Below, piece after piece: positions 19,564 through 29,218 of a stretch of 64,000 bases of DNA (position 1 is the stretch's first letter; every line of letters starts with the position of its first letter). Below the pieces are notes generated by a model. It saw nothing but the letters and a program-made list of their open reading frames with translations. It was not told the DNA's origin and did no database searches. The DNA lies in the sequence record NZ_CP020440.2. The stretch is one strand, 5' to 3'. Made by a program: the position numbers and the translations under genes. Origin of the DNA: a plasmid.

Positions 19564-20409
19564 TCACTCGGCCGGCACGGCGGGGGCCTGCGGGGCCGGG
19601 TTGCGGTCCAGTTCGGGCGAGGTCTTGTGATGCGTGGCATAGATAACCCCGCCGACAAAGGTCAGCCCGCCGACCAGGTTCCCGATGACGGTCGGGATCT
19701 CGTTCCAGATCATGTAATCCATGATCGTGAAATTGCCGCCCAGCAGCAGGCCCGCCGGGAACAGGAACATGTTCACGATGGAATGTTCGAACCCCATGTA
19801 GAAGAACACCAGGATCGGCATCCACATCGCCATGATCTTGCCCGAAACGCTGGTGGACATCATCGCGGCCACCACGCCGGTCGAGACCATCCAGTTGCAC
19901 ATGACCGCGCGCACGAACAGCGTCAGCATTCCCGCCGCGCCATGGGCGGCATAGCCGAGCGTCCGCCCTTCGCCGATATGGCCGATCTTTTCGCCCACCG
20001 CGTTCGGGGCCTCGGACCAGCCGAAGGTCACGATGATCGCCATGAACAGCGCGACCGTAAAGGCGCCGGCGAAATTGCCCGCGAACACCAGCCCCCAGTT
20101 GCGCAGCATGCCGCGCAGGGTGACGCCGTGCCGCCGGTCGATCAGCGCCAGCGGGACCAGCGTGAACACCCCGGTCAGCAGGTCGAACCCCAGCAGGTAA
20201 AGCATGCAGAACCCGACCGGGAACAGCAGCGCGCCCAAAAGCGGGTTGCCGGTGTTGACCGTCACGGTGACGGCAAAGGCCGCCGCCAGCGCCAGGATCG
20301 CGCCTGCCATATAGGCGCGGATCAGCGTGTCGCGGGTGGACATGAAGACCTTCGCCTCTCCGGCGTCGATCATCTTCTTTGCAAAATCAGCGGGATTGAC
20401 GTAGGACAT
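19564..20409 (-). CDS. nasH: Formate/nitrite transporter family protein (NirC-like nitrite channel)
   Basis: FNT family, 6-TM, about 280 aa; located between nasG and nasC as in P. denitrificans. Confidence 0.85.
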   Translation of the reverse strand: MSYVNPADFAKKMIDAGEAKVFMSTRDTLIRAYMAGAILALAAAFAVTVTVNTGNPLLGALLFPVGFCMLYLLGFDLLTGVFTLVPLALIDRRHGVTLRGMLRNWGLVFAGNFAGAFTVALFMAIIVTFGWSEAPNAVGEKIGHIGEGRTLGYAAHGAAGMLTLFVRAVMCNWMVSTGVVAAMMSTSVSGKIMAMWMPILVFFYMGFEHSIVNMFLFPAGLLLGGNFTIMDYMIWNEIPTVIGNLVGGLTFVGGVIYATHHKTSPELDRNPAPQAPAVPAE

Positions 20410-20420
20410 GATGTGTTTCC

Positions 20421-20756
20421 TCAGGCTGCGGCGTTGCGGCGGATCAAGCTGGCGTCGATCAGGACGCGGCCCTGCTGGACGCGGATGGGATAGGTGCGGA
20501 CAGTGCCCTGGTCGGCGCCCTGCGCCGCGCCGGTGTTCATGTCGAAGACCCAGTTGTGCAGCGGGCAGGTGACGGACGTGCCGTGCACGATGCCCTCGGA
20601 CAGCGGGCCGCCCTTGTGCGGGCAGCGGTCGTCCAGCGCAAAGACCTGGTCGTCCATGGTGCGGAACACCGCCACGCAGCCCTGCGCGGTCTTGACTAGA
20701 CGCGCGCCCTGCCGGGGGATGGCGTCCAAGGGTCCGATGTCAACGAAGATGGTCAT
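20421..20756 (-). CDS. nasG: Nitrite reductase small subunit (Rieske 2Fe-2S)
   Basis: CPHKGGPLSEG...CPLHNW Rieske motifs; 111 aa; start M65 of the ORF, overlapping the nasB stop. Confidence 0.85.
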   Translation of the reverse strand: MTIFVDIGPLDAIPRQGARLVKTAQGCVAVFRTMDDQVFALDDRCPHKGGPLSEGIVHGTSVTCPLHNWVFDMNTGAAQGADQGTVRTYPIRVQQGRVLIDASLIRRNAAA

Positions 20757-23182
20757 TCCGCAGCCTCCAGCGTCAGGTCGGCAAGGGGGGCCCATTTGGG
20801 CGTCTCGGCGGGGGTGGACAGGTCGGCCCAGGGGTCGCGGCGATAGATGGACTGGCTGATCTCGAACCGCTCGACCAGGGCGCGGCGGTTGTCCATGTCG
20901 TCCACGACCTGCGCCTTGATCCAGTCCAGCCCGACCTTGCCCATCCATTTCCAGATGCGGTCCAGATAGCGGGCGTTTTCGCGGTAAAGCTGTGTCACCG
21001 CCAGGATGATCTCGACCGCCTCATCCTCGGAGGGGGTCGAGGCCAGGGCCACGGTTTCCTTGACCTCCATCCCCGCCGCGCCGCCGATCGAGATGTTGTA
21101 GCCGCTGTCCACGCAGACCACGCCGATGTCCTTGCAGGTGGCCTCGGCGCAGTTCCTGGGACAGCCCGAGACGCCCAGCTTCAGCTTGTGCGGCGTCCAG
21201 GACCCCCACATCGCCTTTTCCAGCCGGATGCCCAGGCCGGTGGAATCCTGCGTGCCGACGCGGCAGAACTCCTTGCCGACGCAGGTCTTGACCGTGCGCA
21301 GCCCCTTGGAATAGGCCGCGCCCGACACCATCCCGGCGGCGTTCAGGTCGGCCCACATGTGCGGCAGGTCCTCTTTCCGCACGCCCAGCAGGTCGATGCG
21401 CTGGCCGCCCGTGACCTTGACCATCGGCACGTTGTATTTCTCGGCCGCGTCGGCGATGGCGCGCAGTTCCGCCGGCGTGGTGACGCCGCCCCACATGCGC
21501 GGCACCACCGAATAGGTGCCGTCCTTCTGGATGTTGGCGTGGTTTCTTTCGTTGACGAAACGCGACTGGCGGTCGTCGCGGTATTCCAGCGGCCATTCCG
21601 CCAGCAGGTAATAGTTCAGCGCCGGGCGGCAGGAATGGCATCCGCCGACGGTTTTCCAGCCCAGGTCCTGCATCACGGCGGGGATCGACTTCAGCCCCAT
21701 GGACCGGATCAGGCGGCGCACGTCCTCATGCGTGTGGTCGGTGCATTTGCACATCCCCGCCGGGGCCTCGGCCACCGCGCCGCCAAGCGCCAGCGCCATC
21801 ACCTGTTGCACCAGCCCGGTGCAGGTGCCGCAGGAGGCCGACGCCTTGGTGCAGGTCCGCACCGCCTCAAGCGTGCAGACCCCGCCCGCCACCGCGTCGA
21901 GGATGGTGCCCTTGGAAACGCCGTTGCAGCCGCAGATCTCCGCCTCAGGCGGCAAGGCTGCAACGGCCGCCATAGGGTCCGGCGCACCACCCCCCTGAAA
22001 GGCCGGGCCGAAGATCAGCGTGTCGCGCATCGGCCCGATGTCGGCCCCCTCCTTCATCAGCCCATAGAACCAGTTGCCGTCGGCCGTGTCGCCATACATG
22101 ACGACGCCGACAATGCGGTCGTTTTCCAGGACCAGCCGCTTGTAGATGCCGCGCCCCGGATCGCGAAAGACGATATCCTCGCGGCCCGGCGCGTCGGCGA
22201 AATCGCCTGCGCTGAACAGGTCGCAGCCGGTGACCTTCAGCTTGGTCGCGGTCTGGACCGGGGCAAAGGCGGCCGCCTCGCCCATCAGCGTGCGGGCCAG
22301 CACCTTGGCCTGGTCGTAAAGCGGCGCGACCAGGCCGAAAAGCTGGCCACGATGTTCGACGCATTCGCCAAGCGCAAAGATATGCGGGTCGCTGGTGCAC
22401 ATGGCGTCGTCGACGACAATGCCGCGCTCGACCTCAAGATGTGCGTCGGTGGCGATGCGGGTTTCGGGGCGGATGCCGACGGCCATGCAGACCAGATCGG
22501 CGGGATAGATGGTGCCGTCCTCCAGCAGCACGGCCTCGGCGCGGTCGCGGCCCAGGATCGCCTTGGTCGCGCCCTTGCAATGCACCGTGATGCCGCGCTT
22601 CTCCAGATCGCGCTGCAGCAGATAGCCGGCGGCGGGGTCCAGTTGACGCTCCATCAGGTGGCCCATCAGGTGGATGACGGTGACGCGGGCGCCGCGCGCG
22701 GCCATGCCTGCCGCAGCCTCAAGGCCCAGGAGCCCGCCGCCGATCACCACTGCGTCCTTGCCTGCAGTCGCCATCATGGCCTGCGTATCCTCAAGGTCGC
22801 GATAGGCGACCACGCCGGGCAGGTCCTTGCCCGCCACCGGGATGATGAAGGGCGCCGAGCCGGTGGCGATGACCAGCGCGTCGTATCCGACGCTGGATTT
22901 GTTTGAATGCACCACGCGCGCTGCGCGGTCGATGCGGACCACGGCCTCGCCGAAGCGGCAATCGACGCCATGGGCGGCATACCAGTCGGCGTCATGGGTG
23001 ACGATCTGTTCATAGGTCTTTTCGCCCGACAGCACCGGCGACAGCATCAGCCGGTTGTAGTTGCCGCGCGGCTCGGCGTTGAACAGGGTCACGTCCCAGG
23101 CGTCGGGGGCTGCATCGAACAGCTGTTCCAGCATCCGGCCCGAGGCCATGCCGGCGCCGATGACGACAAGTTTCTTCCTCAT
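20753..23182 (-). CDS. nasB: Assimilatory NAD(P)H nitrite reductase large subunit
   Basis: N-terminal FAD/NAD Rossmann KKLVVIGAGMASGR, BFD-like and siroheme/4Fe-4S C-terminal region; 809 aa from M50. Confidence 0.9.
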   Translation of the reverse strand: MRKKLVVIGAGMASGRMLEQLFDAAPDAWDVTLFNAEPRGNYNRLMLSPVLSGEKTYEQIVTHDADWYAAHGVDCRFGEAVVRIDRAARVVHSNKSSVGYDALVIATGSAPFIIPVAGKDLPGVVAYRDLEDTQAMMATAGKDAVVIGGGLLGLEAAAGMAARGARVTVIHLMGHLMERQLDPAAGYLLQRDLEKRGITVHCKGATKAILGRDRAEAVLLEDGTIYPADLVCMAVGIRPETRIATDAHLEVERGIVVDDAMCTSDPHIFALGECVEHRGQLFGLVAPLYDQAKVLARTLMGEAAAFAPVQTATKLKVTGCDLFSAGDFADAPGREDIVFRDPGRGIYKRLVLENDRIVGVVMYGDTADGNWFYGLMKEGADIGPMRDTLIFGPAFQGGGAPDPMAAVAALPPEAEICGCNGVSKGTILDAVAGGVCTLEAVRTCTKASASCGTCTGLVQQVMALALGGAVAEAPAGMCKCTDHTHEDVRRLIRSMGLKSIPAVMQDLGWKTVGGCHSCRPALNYYLLAEWPLEYRDDRQSRFVNERNHANIQKDGTYSVVPRMWGGVTTPAELRAIADAAEKYNVPMVKVTGGQRIDLLGVRKEDLPHMWADLNAAGMVSGAAYSKGLRTVKTCVGKEFCRVGTQDSTGLGIRLEKAMWGSWTPHKLKLGVSGCPRNCAEATCKDIGVVCVDSGYNISIGGAAGMEVKETVALASTPSEDEAVEIILAVTQLYRENARYLDRIWKWMGKVGLDWIKAQVVDDMDNRRALVERFEISQSIYRRDPWADLSTPAETPKWAPLADLTLEAAE

Positions 23183-23195
23183 GGCTTGCTCCTTC

Positions 23196-24404
23196 TCAGG
23201 CGGCTTGCAGGGCGGGGGCGGGCAGGCGGCGGATCGAGGCGTGCATCCAGATCGCGCAGGCCGCGACCAGCAGGAACAGGACCGCGAAACAGCTGGACCA
23301 CAGCCCGGTCTGGTCCTTGAGCCAGCCAAACAGCAGCGGCAGCACGAAGCCGCCCAGGCCGCCGATCATGCCCACGAGCCCGCCGACCGCGCCAACGTTC
23401 TGCGGATAATAGGTCGGGATGTGCTTGTAGACGGCGGCCTTGCCGAGGCTCATGAAGAACCCGAGGACGAAGATCACCGCCAGGAACAGGCCCACCGGTA
23501 CGCCCGCGGGTAGCGCTAGGATCGCGGTCGCGGCCAGCGAGACGGCAAAGGTCGCATACATCACCTTGCGCGCGCCGATCCGATCCGACAGCACGCCGCC
23601 ATAGGCGCGAAAGATCGAGGCAGGGATGGAGTAGGCCGCGCCGACCATGCCCGCGACCTTGACGTCAAAGCCATAGACGCCGATCAGGTAATGCGGCAGC
23701 CACAGCGCCAGCGCGACGAAGGCCCCGAAGCTGAAGAAGTAATAGGCCGAAAAGCGCCAGACCTGCAGGTTCTTCAGCGGCGCGAATTCGGCCCGCAGGC
23801 TGCGCAGCGGCGCGCGAGTGCCCCGGCGGGCGGCGGTCACCGGGTCGTCCTTGCTGAAGGCCCAGAACAGCACCGCCGTCAGTGCCAGCGCGGCGGCCCA
23901 GATCTGCGCGGTCGCCTGCCAGCCCCAAGCCAGCATCACGAAGGGGGCGACGAACTTGGTCAGCGCCGCGCCGATGTTGCCGACGCCGAAAATGCCAAGC
24001 GCGGTGCCCTGCCGCGCGCCCTCGAAAAAGCGCGACACATAAGCCACGCCCACCGCGAAGGACCCGCCCGCCAGGCCCACACCCAGGGCCGCGACCAGCA
24101 ACTGGGGATAGGTCTCGGCCCGGCTCAGCAGGAAGGTGGCAAGCGCGGCGGCCAGCATGGTCAGCGTATAGACGCGCCGCCCGCCCAGCCGGTCGGTGGC
24201 GACGCCCAGCACGATGCGGACCAGCGATCCGGTCAGGATGGGCATGCCGGCCAGCAGGCCGAACTGCGTCTCGGTCAGGTTCAGCTCCCTGCCGATCTGG
24301 ATGCCTATGATGGAAAAGATCGTCCAGACGGCAAAGCAGATGGTGAAGGCAAAGGTCGACAGGGTCAGCGCGCGGCTGGAATCGGCGGGGGATGTGGCGG
24401 ACAT
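23196..24404 (-). CDS. nasA: Nitrate/nitrite transporter (MFS, NNP family)
   Basis: 12-TM MFS with NNP signature region (GxxxNxGGG-like), about 400 aa; start M18. Confidence 0.85.
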   Translation of the reverse strand: MSATSPADSSRALTLSTFAFTICFAVWTIFSIIGIQIGRELNLTETQFGLLAGMPILTGSLVRIVLGVATDRLGGRRVYTLTMLAAALATFLLSRAETYPQLLVAALGVGLAGGSFAVGVAYVSRFFEGARQGTALGIFGVGNIGAALTKFVAPFVMLAWGWQATAQIWAAALALTAVLFWAFSKDDPVTAARRGTRAPLRSLRAEFAPLKNLQVWRFSAYYFFSFGAFVALALWLPHYLIGVYGFDVKVAGMVGAAYSIPASIFRAYGGVLSDRIGARKVMYATFAVSLAATAILALPAGVPVGLFLAVIFVLGFFMSLGKAAVYKHIPTYYPQNVGAVGGLVGMIGGLGGFVLPLLFGWLKDQTGLWSSCFAVLFLLVAACAIWMHASIRRLPAPALQAA

Positions 24405-24680
24405 GGATGCTCCGATGGCGAAACTGGGGGCAGTGGCTGTCGGAAAGCGGCACAAGCGGTCGGGACGCCCCTTGGGGGTCCTGCGGCGATCCGCAGCGTG
24501 ACGCTTTCATCGGGAATGCCGCATCGTTGCGAGCGGGCCTGTGGCGCGCCATTGCGCCGGGCCATGTCCCTTGATCGCCTGTGCCGGGTGCCATCGCAAG
24601 CCTGGGATCCGGCCCAACGCAGGAAAACGGCCTGCCGCGCGAAAATGATGCGGGCGCGGCACCCGTTGCCTGCGGTTTCG
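24405..24680 (-). promoter_or_regulatory. Structured 5' leader between nasS and nasA; candidate NasT (ANTAR) antitermination target
   Basis: In mRNA sense several short hairpins, including GGCGC-AAUGGC-GCGCC (hexaloop with A1/G4) and CUGCGG-aucg-CCGCAG; the position is equivalent to the nasA leader bound by NasT in P. denitrificans. Confidence 0.4.
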
Positions 24681-25859
24681 TCAGTTTGTGGACGCGGGCG
24701 CGGCGGGGTCGAAGGTGAAGCCGTCGAAGAACCCGTCGGCACCCAGAATCATCTGGCCCTTTTCGGCGGCGACCAGGCGGTCTTGGGGCAGGGCGCCTTC
24801 GACCCGGGACGAGGCACCGGGCAGCGCCGCGCCGGCCGGGCGCAGGTGCTGGCGATAAAGGTCGGTGCGGAAATGGCCCATCGCCGCCTGCATGGCGGGG
24901 CCGGGGTCCAGACCGTGCCGTTGTGCAATGCGGTGGGCGAAGAGGGCCGCGCGGCTTTTCCACGGAAAATTCGCCGCGCCATCGTGGAACGCGATGAAGT
25001 GCGCGTCCTGCCGCATGTCGCCGTCGGGCGTGACCATGAGGCGGCCGGTCAGGCCCCGCTCGGCCAGTTCGGGGGACAGGTCCAGATAGGCCGGGCGGGA
25101 CAGGATGTCGGCGGCGGTGCCACGGTTCTGCGCCTCGTCCAGCCAGCGGCAGGCCCGCCAGACGGCGCGCATCAGGCGGCCGGTGATCTCGGGCCGGCCC
25201 TCGGCCAGGTCGCGGCGCATGACCAGCCCCTTTTCCGGGGCCGCCGCCCAGATCGCATTGCCCGGCAACAGCAGCGCGGCAAGGCCGCGTTCGACCGCGA
25301 ACGAGGCCCAGGGCTCGCCCACGCAAAAGGCGTCGACCTCGGCCGAGGCGAGGGCGTCGGCCATCATCGGCGGCGGCACGGTCGTCACGCGCACATCGCC
25401 GACGCCGCAGGCGCCCAGCCAATGCGCGATCAGCTCGTGCTGGGTCGAAAAGGCAAAGGGCACCGCCACCCGCAGCCCCTGGGGCGCGACGGCGCGCAAC
25501 GCAAGACCGGCGGCACGGGCGTCGTCAAAGGCGAAGTCTTGGCCCCGCGCGCGCAGCCGGGCGGTCAGATCGCGGCTGACGGCGACCGCCTGGCCCCCCT
25601 GCGACAGCACCATCAGCAGGTCCAGCGCCGGCATCCGGGGGCCCAGACCCATGGCCTGCGCGACCGGCATCGGCGCCAGCATATGCGCGGCATCGACCAG
25701 CCCCGCGCCCAGCATGTCGCGGCTTTGCGCCCAGGCGGTCTGGCGCACCAGATCGAGGCCCAGCCCTTCCTCGGCGGCAAAGCCCAGCTCATGGGCGACG
25801 ACCAGGGGCGCGGCATCGATCAGCGGCAGATAGCCCAGGCGCAGCGGCGTCAGGTTCAT
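24681..25859 (-). CDS. nasS: Nitrate/nitrite-binding sensor protein (NrtA-like periplasmic-binding fold), partner of NasT
   Basis: NMT1/NrtA-like substrate-binding domain without a signal peptide; 392 aa; its stop overlaps the nasT start. Confidence 0.8.
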   Translation of the reverse strand: MNLTPLRLGYLPLIDAAPLVVAHELGFAAEEGLGLDLVRQTAWAQSRDMLGAGLVDAAHMLAPMPVAQAMGLGPRMPALDLLMVLSQGGQAVAVSRDLTARLRARGQDFAFDDARAAGLALRAVAPQGLRVAVPFAFSTQHELIAHWLGACGVGDVRVTTVPPPMMADALASAEVDAFCVGEPWASFAVERGLAALLLPGNAIWAAAPEKGLVMRRDLAEGRPEITGRLMRAVWRACRWLDEAQNRGTAADILSRPAYLDLSPELAERGLTGRLMVTPDGDMRQDAHFIAFHDGAANFPWKSRAALFAHRIAQRHGLDPGPAMQAAMGHFRTDLYRQHLRPAGAALPGASSRVEGALPQDRLVAAEKGQMILGADGFFDGFTFDPAAPASTN

Positions 25860-26440
25860 GTCAGAAGCCCCGCCGCCATGACCAGCTGCTGGGCGATCTC
25901 GGCCACGCGCTTGCCCTGGTCCATCGCGGTCTTGCGCAGCAGGGCATAGGCCGCTTCCTCGTCGATTCCGCGCGCCTTCATCAGGATCGCCTTGGCGCGG
26001 TCGATGATCTTGCGCTCCTCCAGCGCGGTGCGCATCGACGCCAGTTCCGCCCGCATCCGCTGGAACAGGTGAAAGCGCGCGATGGCGGCGTCCAGGATCG
26101 GCTTCAGCCGGTCGGCGCGCAGCCCGTCGACGACATAGGCGGAAATGCCGGCCTCGATCGCGGCGCGGGTCAACTGTTCGTCGGACTGGTCCACGAACAT
26201 GGCGACCGGCCGCTCCATGGGGCCCGAGGCCAGCGCCAGTTCCTCGAGGATGTCGCGCGAGGGGTTCGCAAGGTCGATCAGCACCACGTCGGGGCGCAGT
26301 TCGGCGATGCGGCGCGCCAGGCCGGTTTCGCCCGCGATGATGCGGATGTCGTGATCGCCCGCATCGCGCAAGCCGGCCATGATCGGTTCGGCCCGGTCCG
26401 GGTCTGGTTCGATGATGACGATTGATAGCCGCTTGTCCAT
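25856..26440 (-). CDS. nasT: ANTAR-domain response regulator (RNA-binding antiterminator)
   Basis: REC domain plus C-terminal ANTAR (RKIIDRAKAILMKARGIDEEAAYALLRKTAMDQGKRVAEIAQQLV); start M20. Confidence 0.85.
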   Translation of the reverse strand: MDKRLSIVIIEPDPDRAEPIMAGLRDAGDHDIRIIAGETGLARRIAELRPDVVLIDLANPSRDILEELALASGPMERPVAMFVDQSDEQLTRAAIEAGISAYVVDGLRADRLKPILDAAIARFHLFQRMRAELASMRTALEERKIIDRAKAILMKARGIDEEAAYALLRKTAMDQGKRVAEIAQQLVMAAGLLT

Positions 26441-26533
26441 CTGCCTTCCGGGCCGGTGCCTTGCCGGATCAATGGCAAGCCGCGCGCCGGAATGCATCGC
26501 ATGGAGGCGCGGTATCGGTGGCTGGGGCGGTGT

Positions 26534-26552
26534 CTGCCCATGTGCTGGGCAG
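26534..26552. promoter_or_regulatory. Dyad-symmetric element CTGCCCA-N5-TGGGCAG about 95 bp upstream of nasT (NtrC-site geometry)
   Basis: Perfect 7-bp inverted repeat with 5-bp spacer, same 6-5-6 architecture as the NtrC consensus TGCACC-N5-GGTGCA. Confidence 0.3.
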
Positions 26553-26575
26553 ATCGCGCGCCGGATGCCCGTCCG

Positions 26576-29218
26576 TCAGGCATCCTCGCGCACGGCGCTG
26601 CCCGCGCCGGGCTGGCGGGCAATCAGCCGGGCGGCATCGGCCAGGGGCAGCAGCGGCGGCATCGCGGTGGGCGTGGCCAGGTAATGCGGGCTCCAGTCCG
26701 GATCGAACTTGTCCTTGAAGGCGCGCAGCCCCTCGAACTTGTAGAAGCTGCCGCCGTGGCGAAAGATCAGCGCCCCGAAGCGGTCCCAGACCCGGCGCGA
26801 ACGGTTCGGGTCAAGCCCGGCCAGCGGCGCCATGCCCAGCGAAAAGGCCGGATAGCCGCGTTCCTTCAGCGCCAGCATCAGGGCGGTGAACATGAACTCC
26901 ATCGTCCCCGAGGGCGCGTCCGAGCGGTGCCGCATCAGGTCGATCGAAGCCATGGCGTGGCGGTCGGTCGTCATGATGTTGCCGAATGCGACCAGCCGGC
27001 CATCCTGGCGCACCAGCGCCAGGGCCCAGCGATCCAGCCACTCCGGGTCGAAGCGGCCGACCGAAAAGCCCTTCTCGCGCGATTTCTTGGCCGCCAGCCA
27101 TTCGTCGGAAATCGCCCGCAGTTCGGCCATCAGGGCGGGGTCGTGCGGCGGCATGGCGATGTCCAGCGTCAGCCCGTCCCGGCCCGCGCGGGCATAGGTG
27201 GTGCGCAGCCGCTTGCGCTGCGGCCCTTCCAGGGTAAAGCGGCGCAGGTTCACGACCGCCTCTTCGCCCATCTTGTGCAGCGTCATGCCCAGGTCCAGCA
27301 TCAGCGGCACGGCCTCGGGCCCGACCTCGTAAAAGATCGGCCGGGCGCCGGCGCGGCGGGCGGCATCGACAAAGCTGTAGGCGACCTCCTCGCAGGCTTC
27401 CTCATCGCCCACGGGGGGGCCATAGGCGATCCAGCTGGAGCCCGCGACGCCGAACATCAGGAAAGCGTGCTGGTTGTCGGACAGCATGATCGCCTTGTCC
27501 CCGGTCAGCACGAAGCCCGCGTCGGGGTTCTCGCCCGCCATGGCGATCTGGCCGGCGATTTCCAGCGTGCGCGGATCGGGGGGCACGGGGCGAAAGCGCG
27601 GGATGCGCAGCAGCAGGAACAGCGAGCCGAGGCCGACCAGCAGCCCCGCCAGCAGGCCCGAGCGCAGCGCGCGCGGCGCGCGTTCGTCGGCCGCGAACTG
27701 CCACCAGAGTTCGTTCGAATAGGGGGTTTCCTTGTGCGAAAAGAACAGCACGAAGCCAAAGCCCACCAGCGCCGCCACGATCAGGGCGATCCAGCCCGGC
27801 GTCAGCGCCGAATGGGTCAGCATCGAGCGGCGGTGAAAGGCGCGGCGGAACGGCATCAGGATCAGCACGAACAGGACCAGCGCGCCGGCCTGCTGCAGGT
27901 CCGCGCCCTCCAGCACGGCAAAGACCGCGCCAGCGAGCATTGCCCCGACCGTCAGCCAGAACGCCCCCAGGCTGCGCCGCACGACGCCCAGCGACAGCAC
28001 GATCAGCGCCGCGCCAAGCGCGCTGGACAGCAGCACCGAGCCTTCGACGAAGGCCAGCGGAAAGAAGCTTTCGGCCAGTTCCGAGGTCTCGGTCATTGGC
28101 GGCAGCACGGCCGAGACGCTCATCCACAGGCCCGAACCGAAGACCATGACGGCCAGCAGCAGCGGCGCCAGCGGCGTCACGGCGCGCAGGGCGGGCTCGA
28201 TGGCCGCAAGCCCGCGACCCAGGGCCGATGCGGGGCTGCGCCGGCCCAGCACGCGCCAGCCCTCGTAGACGGCAAGCAGCACCAGGGCCAGGGCAAAGGG
28301 CATCAGGTAATAGATCAGCCGGAACAGCAGCAGGGCGGCAGCCACGGTGTCGATGGGCACGCTGGGCGGCATGGCGGCGATGATGACGCTTTCAAAGACG
28401 CCGACGCCGCCTGGAACGTGGCTCAGGACGCCCGCCATGGTGGCGGCGGCAAAGATCGCCAGGAAGGTCGGAAAGCCGATCCCCGCGTCGGGCAGCAGGA
28501 CATAAAGCGTCAGCGCCGAAAAGCAGATGTCGCCCAGGCAGATGAACAGCTGCGTGCCCAGCACCGACAGGCCCGGCGCGTGCAGACGGAACCGGCCGAT
28601 GCGCAGTTCGCGCCGGGTGATCCCGGCCCAGAGCAACGGCAGGATGACCGCCAGGATCGCCGCCAGCGCGAACAGCCGGATGCTGGCCTGGGGCAGGGGC
28701 AGCAGGGGCCCCAGCGCGCCCGGGTGCATCGCCAGCGCCGTGAAGCCCAGCAGCGAGGCCGCGATCCCGAAGGACGCCGCCGTGAAGGTCGAGATCGCCG
28801 CGATGTCATAGCCGTCCAGCCCCAGGCCCGAATAGACCCGCCAGCGCACCGCCCCCCCGGTGATCGCCGAAAGTCCGATGGTGTTGCCAAAGGCATAGGC
28901 CATCAGCCCGCCGGTCATCGCGACCGGCAGGGGCAGGGGCTTGCCGATATGGCGCAGTGCCGACCAGTCATAGCCCGCCAGGAACAGATAGCCCGCAACC
29001 GTGGACAGGATCGCAAGCCCCGTCACATGCCAGGGCGTGGCGCGGATCTGGTTCGCGACCTCGTGGATGTTGACCGGGGCCAGCAGCTTGTTCAGCGCGT
29101 AAAGCCCCGCCGCGAACAGCAGCGAGGCCACGACATAGGGCAGGAACTGCCGCCAGAGCGCGGGCGAGCTCGGGTCCTCGATCGGGGCAGGCCGCGGGGG
29201 CGTGGGCTGGGCGCTCAT
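26576..29218 (-). CDS. mprF: Bifunctional lysyl-phosphatidylglycerol synthase/flippase MprF (LpiA-like)
   Basis: 880 aa; N-terminal multi-TM flippase domain, C-terminal lysyl-tRNA-dependent transferase domain (DUF2156-like, ...FYKFEGLRAFKDKF). Confidence 0.85.
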   Translation of the reverse strand: MSAQPTPPRPAPIEDPSSPALWRQFLPYVVASLLFAAGLYALNKLLAPVNIHEVANQIRATPWHVTGLAILSTVAGYLFLAGYDWSALRHIGKPLPLPVAMTGGLMAYAFGNTIGLSAITGGAVRWRVYSGLGLDGYDIAAISTFTAASFGIAASLLGFTALAMHPGALGPLLPLPQASIRLFALAAILAVILPLLWAGITRRELRIGRFRLHAPGLSVLGTQLFICLGDICFSALTLYVLLPDAGIGFPTFLAIFAAATMAGVLSHVPGGVGVFESVIIAAMPPSVPIDTVAAALLLFRLIYYLMPFALALVLLAVYEGWRVLGRRSPASALGRGLAAIEPALRAVTPLAPLLLAVMVFGSGLWMSVSAVLPPMTETSELAESFFPLAFVEGSVLLSSALGAALIVLSLGVVRRSLGAFWLTVGAMLAGAVFAVLEGADLQQAGALVLFVLILMPFRRAFHRRSMLTHSALTPGWIALIVAALVGFGFVLFFSHKETPYSNELWWQFAADERAPRALRSGLLAGLLVGLGSLFLLLRIPRFRPVPPDPRTLEIAGQIAMAGENPDAGFVLTGDKAIMLSDNQHAFLMFGVAGSSWIAYGPPVGDEEACEEVAYSFVDAARRAGARPIFYEVGPEAVPLMLDLGMTLHKMGEEAVVNLRRFTLEGPQRKRLRTTYARAGRDGLTLDIAMPPHDPALMAELRAISDEWLAAKKSREKGFSVGRFDPEWLDRWALALVRQDGRLVAFGNIMTTDRHAMASIDLMRHRSDAPSGTMEFMFTALMLALKERGYPAFSLGMAPLAGLDPNRSRRVWDRFGALIFRHGGSFYKFEGLRAFKDKFDPDWSPHYLATPTAMPPLLPLADAARLIARQPGAGSAVREDA

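Noticed and set aside
26441-26530. Possible sigma54 (-24/-12) promoter upstream of nasT
   Set aside because: A GGCAC element is present but no correctly spaced TTGC/-12 element; not convincing
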